Shown: positions 62,614 through 64,000 of the stretch, piece after piece
Position numbering within the stretch: position 1 is the first letter of the stretch
How the letters are laid out: every line of letters starts with the position of its first letter
Made by a program: the position numbers and the translations under genes
Origin: Lobosporangium transversale
Lineage: Eukaryota
Reading direction: 5' to 3'
Assembly (NCBI RefSeq): GCF_002105155.1
Contig: NW_019029016.1
Coordinates: 310,001-374,000, forward strand
DNA: 64,000 nt
Notes under the pieces: generated by a model
Database searches by the model: none
What the model was told of the DNA's origin: nothing
The model's input: only the letters and a program-made list of their open reading frames with translations

Positions 62614-63228
62614 TTATTGACGATCATTTATTTTTTCCGCCCTCCATAGCTTTATATTCAGAGGCTCTACATCAAACAACAGCTCCGCAAAACATCTGGG
62701 GCAATTGATGGGTGCAGCTTCATAGTGCACATACGCTTCATTCATCTTCTCTGAAGATTGTGATTGATAAACTGGTGGCGGAGGAGTTGCGGGGGCTGGC
62801 TGCTCCAGAGAAGGACAAATACACTTATATTGAGAAGAGCAGCCGATGTTCAAGCATTCCCTGCAGCCAATCTCAGCTGCAATCCCAGTTTTTCTTGCCT
62901 TTCTTTCTTCAAGTTTTCTTTCCTCTTCACTCTCACTCTTTTTCTCTTCTTTCTCCTCTTGTTCGAGTAAAGCAAGCAGGGCGTATTCGTCGATGGAGCT
63001 GTAGAACTCATCATACAACCCTTCTTCAGTATCCTTTACTGCCTGTTGGCTTTGTATTAGTTCCTCTTCAGCGTCTACGGGTCGTTCTTTGATACGTTGC
63101 ACAGCCCGCTGAGCTCGTCGTGCTTGGATAATATGTTGTACACCCGATGGATTTGGTAAAGCTGTGGAACGTGTAGAACGTGTAGAGTTTGTGGAGCGTG
63201 CGGAGCGTGCGGAGCGTGTGGCAACCAT
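62614..63228 (-). CDS. Helitron accessory ORF of unknown function, 204 aa
   Basis: Basic N-terminus, acidic/coiled middle, CxxC...C...CxC...CxxC; homologs at 47691-48077 and 49380-49970. Confidence 0.7.
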   Translation of the reverse strand: MVATRSARSARSTNSTRSTRSTALPNPSGVQHIIQARRAQRAVQRIKERPVDAEEELIQSQQAVKDTEEGLYDEFYSSIDEYALLALLEQEEKEEKKSESEEERKLEERKARKTGIAAEIGCRECLNIGCSSQYKCICPSLEQPAPATPPPPVYQSQSSEKMNEAYVHYEAAPINCPRCFAELLFDVEPLNIKLWRAEKINDRQ

Positions 63229-64000
63229 TTCAAAAAAATCAAATTAAAAAATTTAGGTTCGGAGGTGGAGAGATTGAGGAAGCTAATTATCAAAGAAGCT
63301 TCATGATATATATACATGCTTTTTTTTTTTTTTTTTTTTTTTTTTTGTTTCATCGTTTATTTTTGTTTCTCTTTTGTTTATTTTTGTTTCATCGTATCCC
63401 ACCAGTCACTTCGTCTTTTTAAAGTCACCTTTTTTTGGCTGTCACATAATTTTTTGTAATATTTTAATATAAGAGACAAGTTCGGTTCAATTAGAATATA
63501 CCTAATCAGTCTTTTATGAACAACGATTCTAGTCCTATTTACGTTATGAACTTACTTGGATATCGGTCAGTTCTTGGAAGATAAAAATCAATACACCAAC
63601 CTTGACGAGTATTGTCGTCTTGACCCTCATAATTTTTTATCCAATATTGATCTCGGCTCTTAAGAACCATCCAATCTCCATGTCTAACTTCGTGGCATTC
63701 AACCTAATAATTACATGCTCATAAGTCATTTCGTTGTTTTTTAGTGTTTTAGTGGAAGATTTATTATTTAGTGCTGATGACTTACAAGGAAAGGGGGCTA
63801 TCACGCTGCATTCCATGTGCAGCATCTAAACAGAGGCCGTTATAAGTGTTTCTAAGCTTTCCAAATGTCACTAAGGTAGTGGCCGAGAAGGCAATCATAT
63901 AGGGTGAAACGAGCATTGTGAAAAATGGTATTGTTAATCGTATGATTTTTTTTTGAACCGCCTTTTTATATTTTTGCCCTCATTTCAGGGGTAAAAAAAC

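Larger units (their letters stand above)
56562..63476 (-). mobile_element. Full-length Helitron, about 6.9 kb
   Basis: 5' TCTCTTATATTAAAA start, 3' hairpin plus CTCG, RepHel gene; removing it restores a 124-nt host intron. Confidence 0.9.
56290..63916 (-). pseudogene. Ricin-B (beta-trefoil) lectin-like gene split by the Helitron; exons about 63916-63786, 63703-63556, 56516-56290
   Basis: LRNTYNGLCLDA, YWIKNY...GWCID, LWDCNGSTIGQNF. Exons 2 and 3 splice in phase across the element; the exon 1-2 phase is off by one base. Confidence 0.7.

Overview
A repeat-saturated eukaryotic window with spliceosomal introns. Crinkler genes, the PD-(D/E)xK family type and the transposon set suggest an early-diverging fungus, probably Mortierellaceae (inference). 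Mobile DNA dominates: three DIRS1-like tyrosine-recombinase retrotransposon families with two non-coding derivatives built from their termini, a 6.9-kb Helitron inserted in an intron of a ricin-B lectin gene plus decayed copies, one near-intact Tc1 (DD35E), several Tc1/IS630 relics and hAT-type MITEs. Host-type content includes a Rif1 pseudogene, two CRN pseudogenes, a multi-exon PD-(D/E)xK gene, an intact PsiK/APH-like kinase, an intact GT61-like glycosyltransferase, a small cationic secreted protein and an LSU rDNA fragment. Two candidates for an undescribed system stand out. First, a cassette seen three times: a conserved motif (two copies), a pyrimidine tract, tandem structured modules with compensatory changes, and an ORF (PD-(D/E)xK type where intact). 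Second, miniature and chimeric DIRS terminal modules bracketing a tandem pair of OB-fold/SSB-like genes. All family assignments come from motif recognition by eye; no database search or folding program was run.
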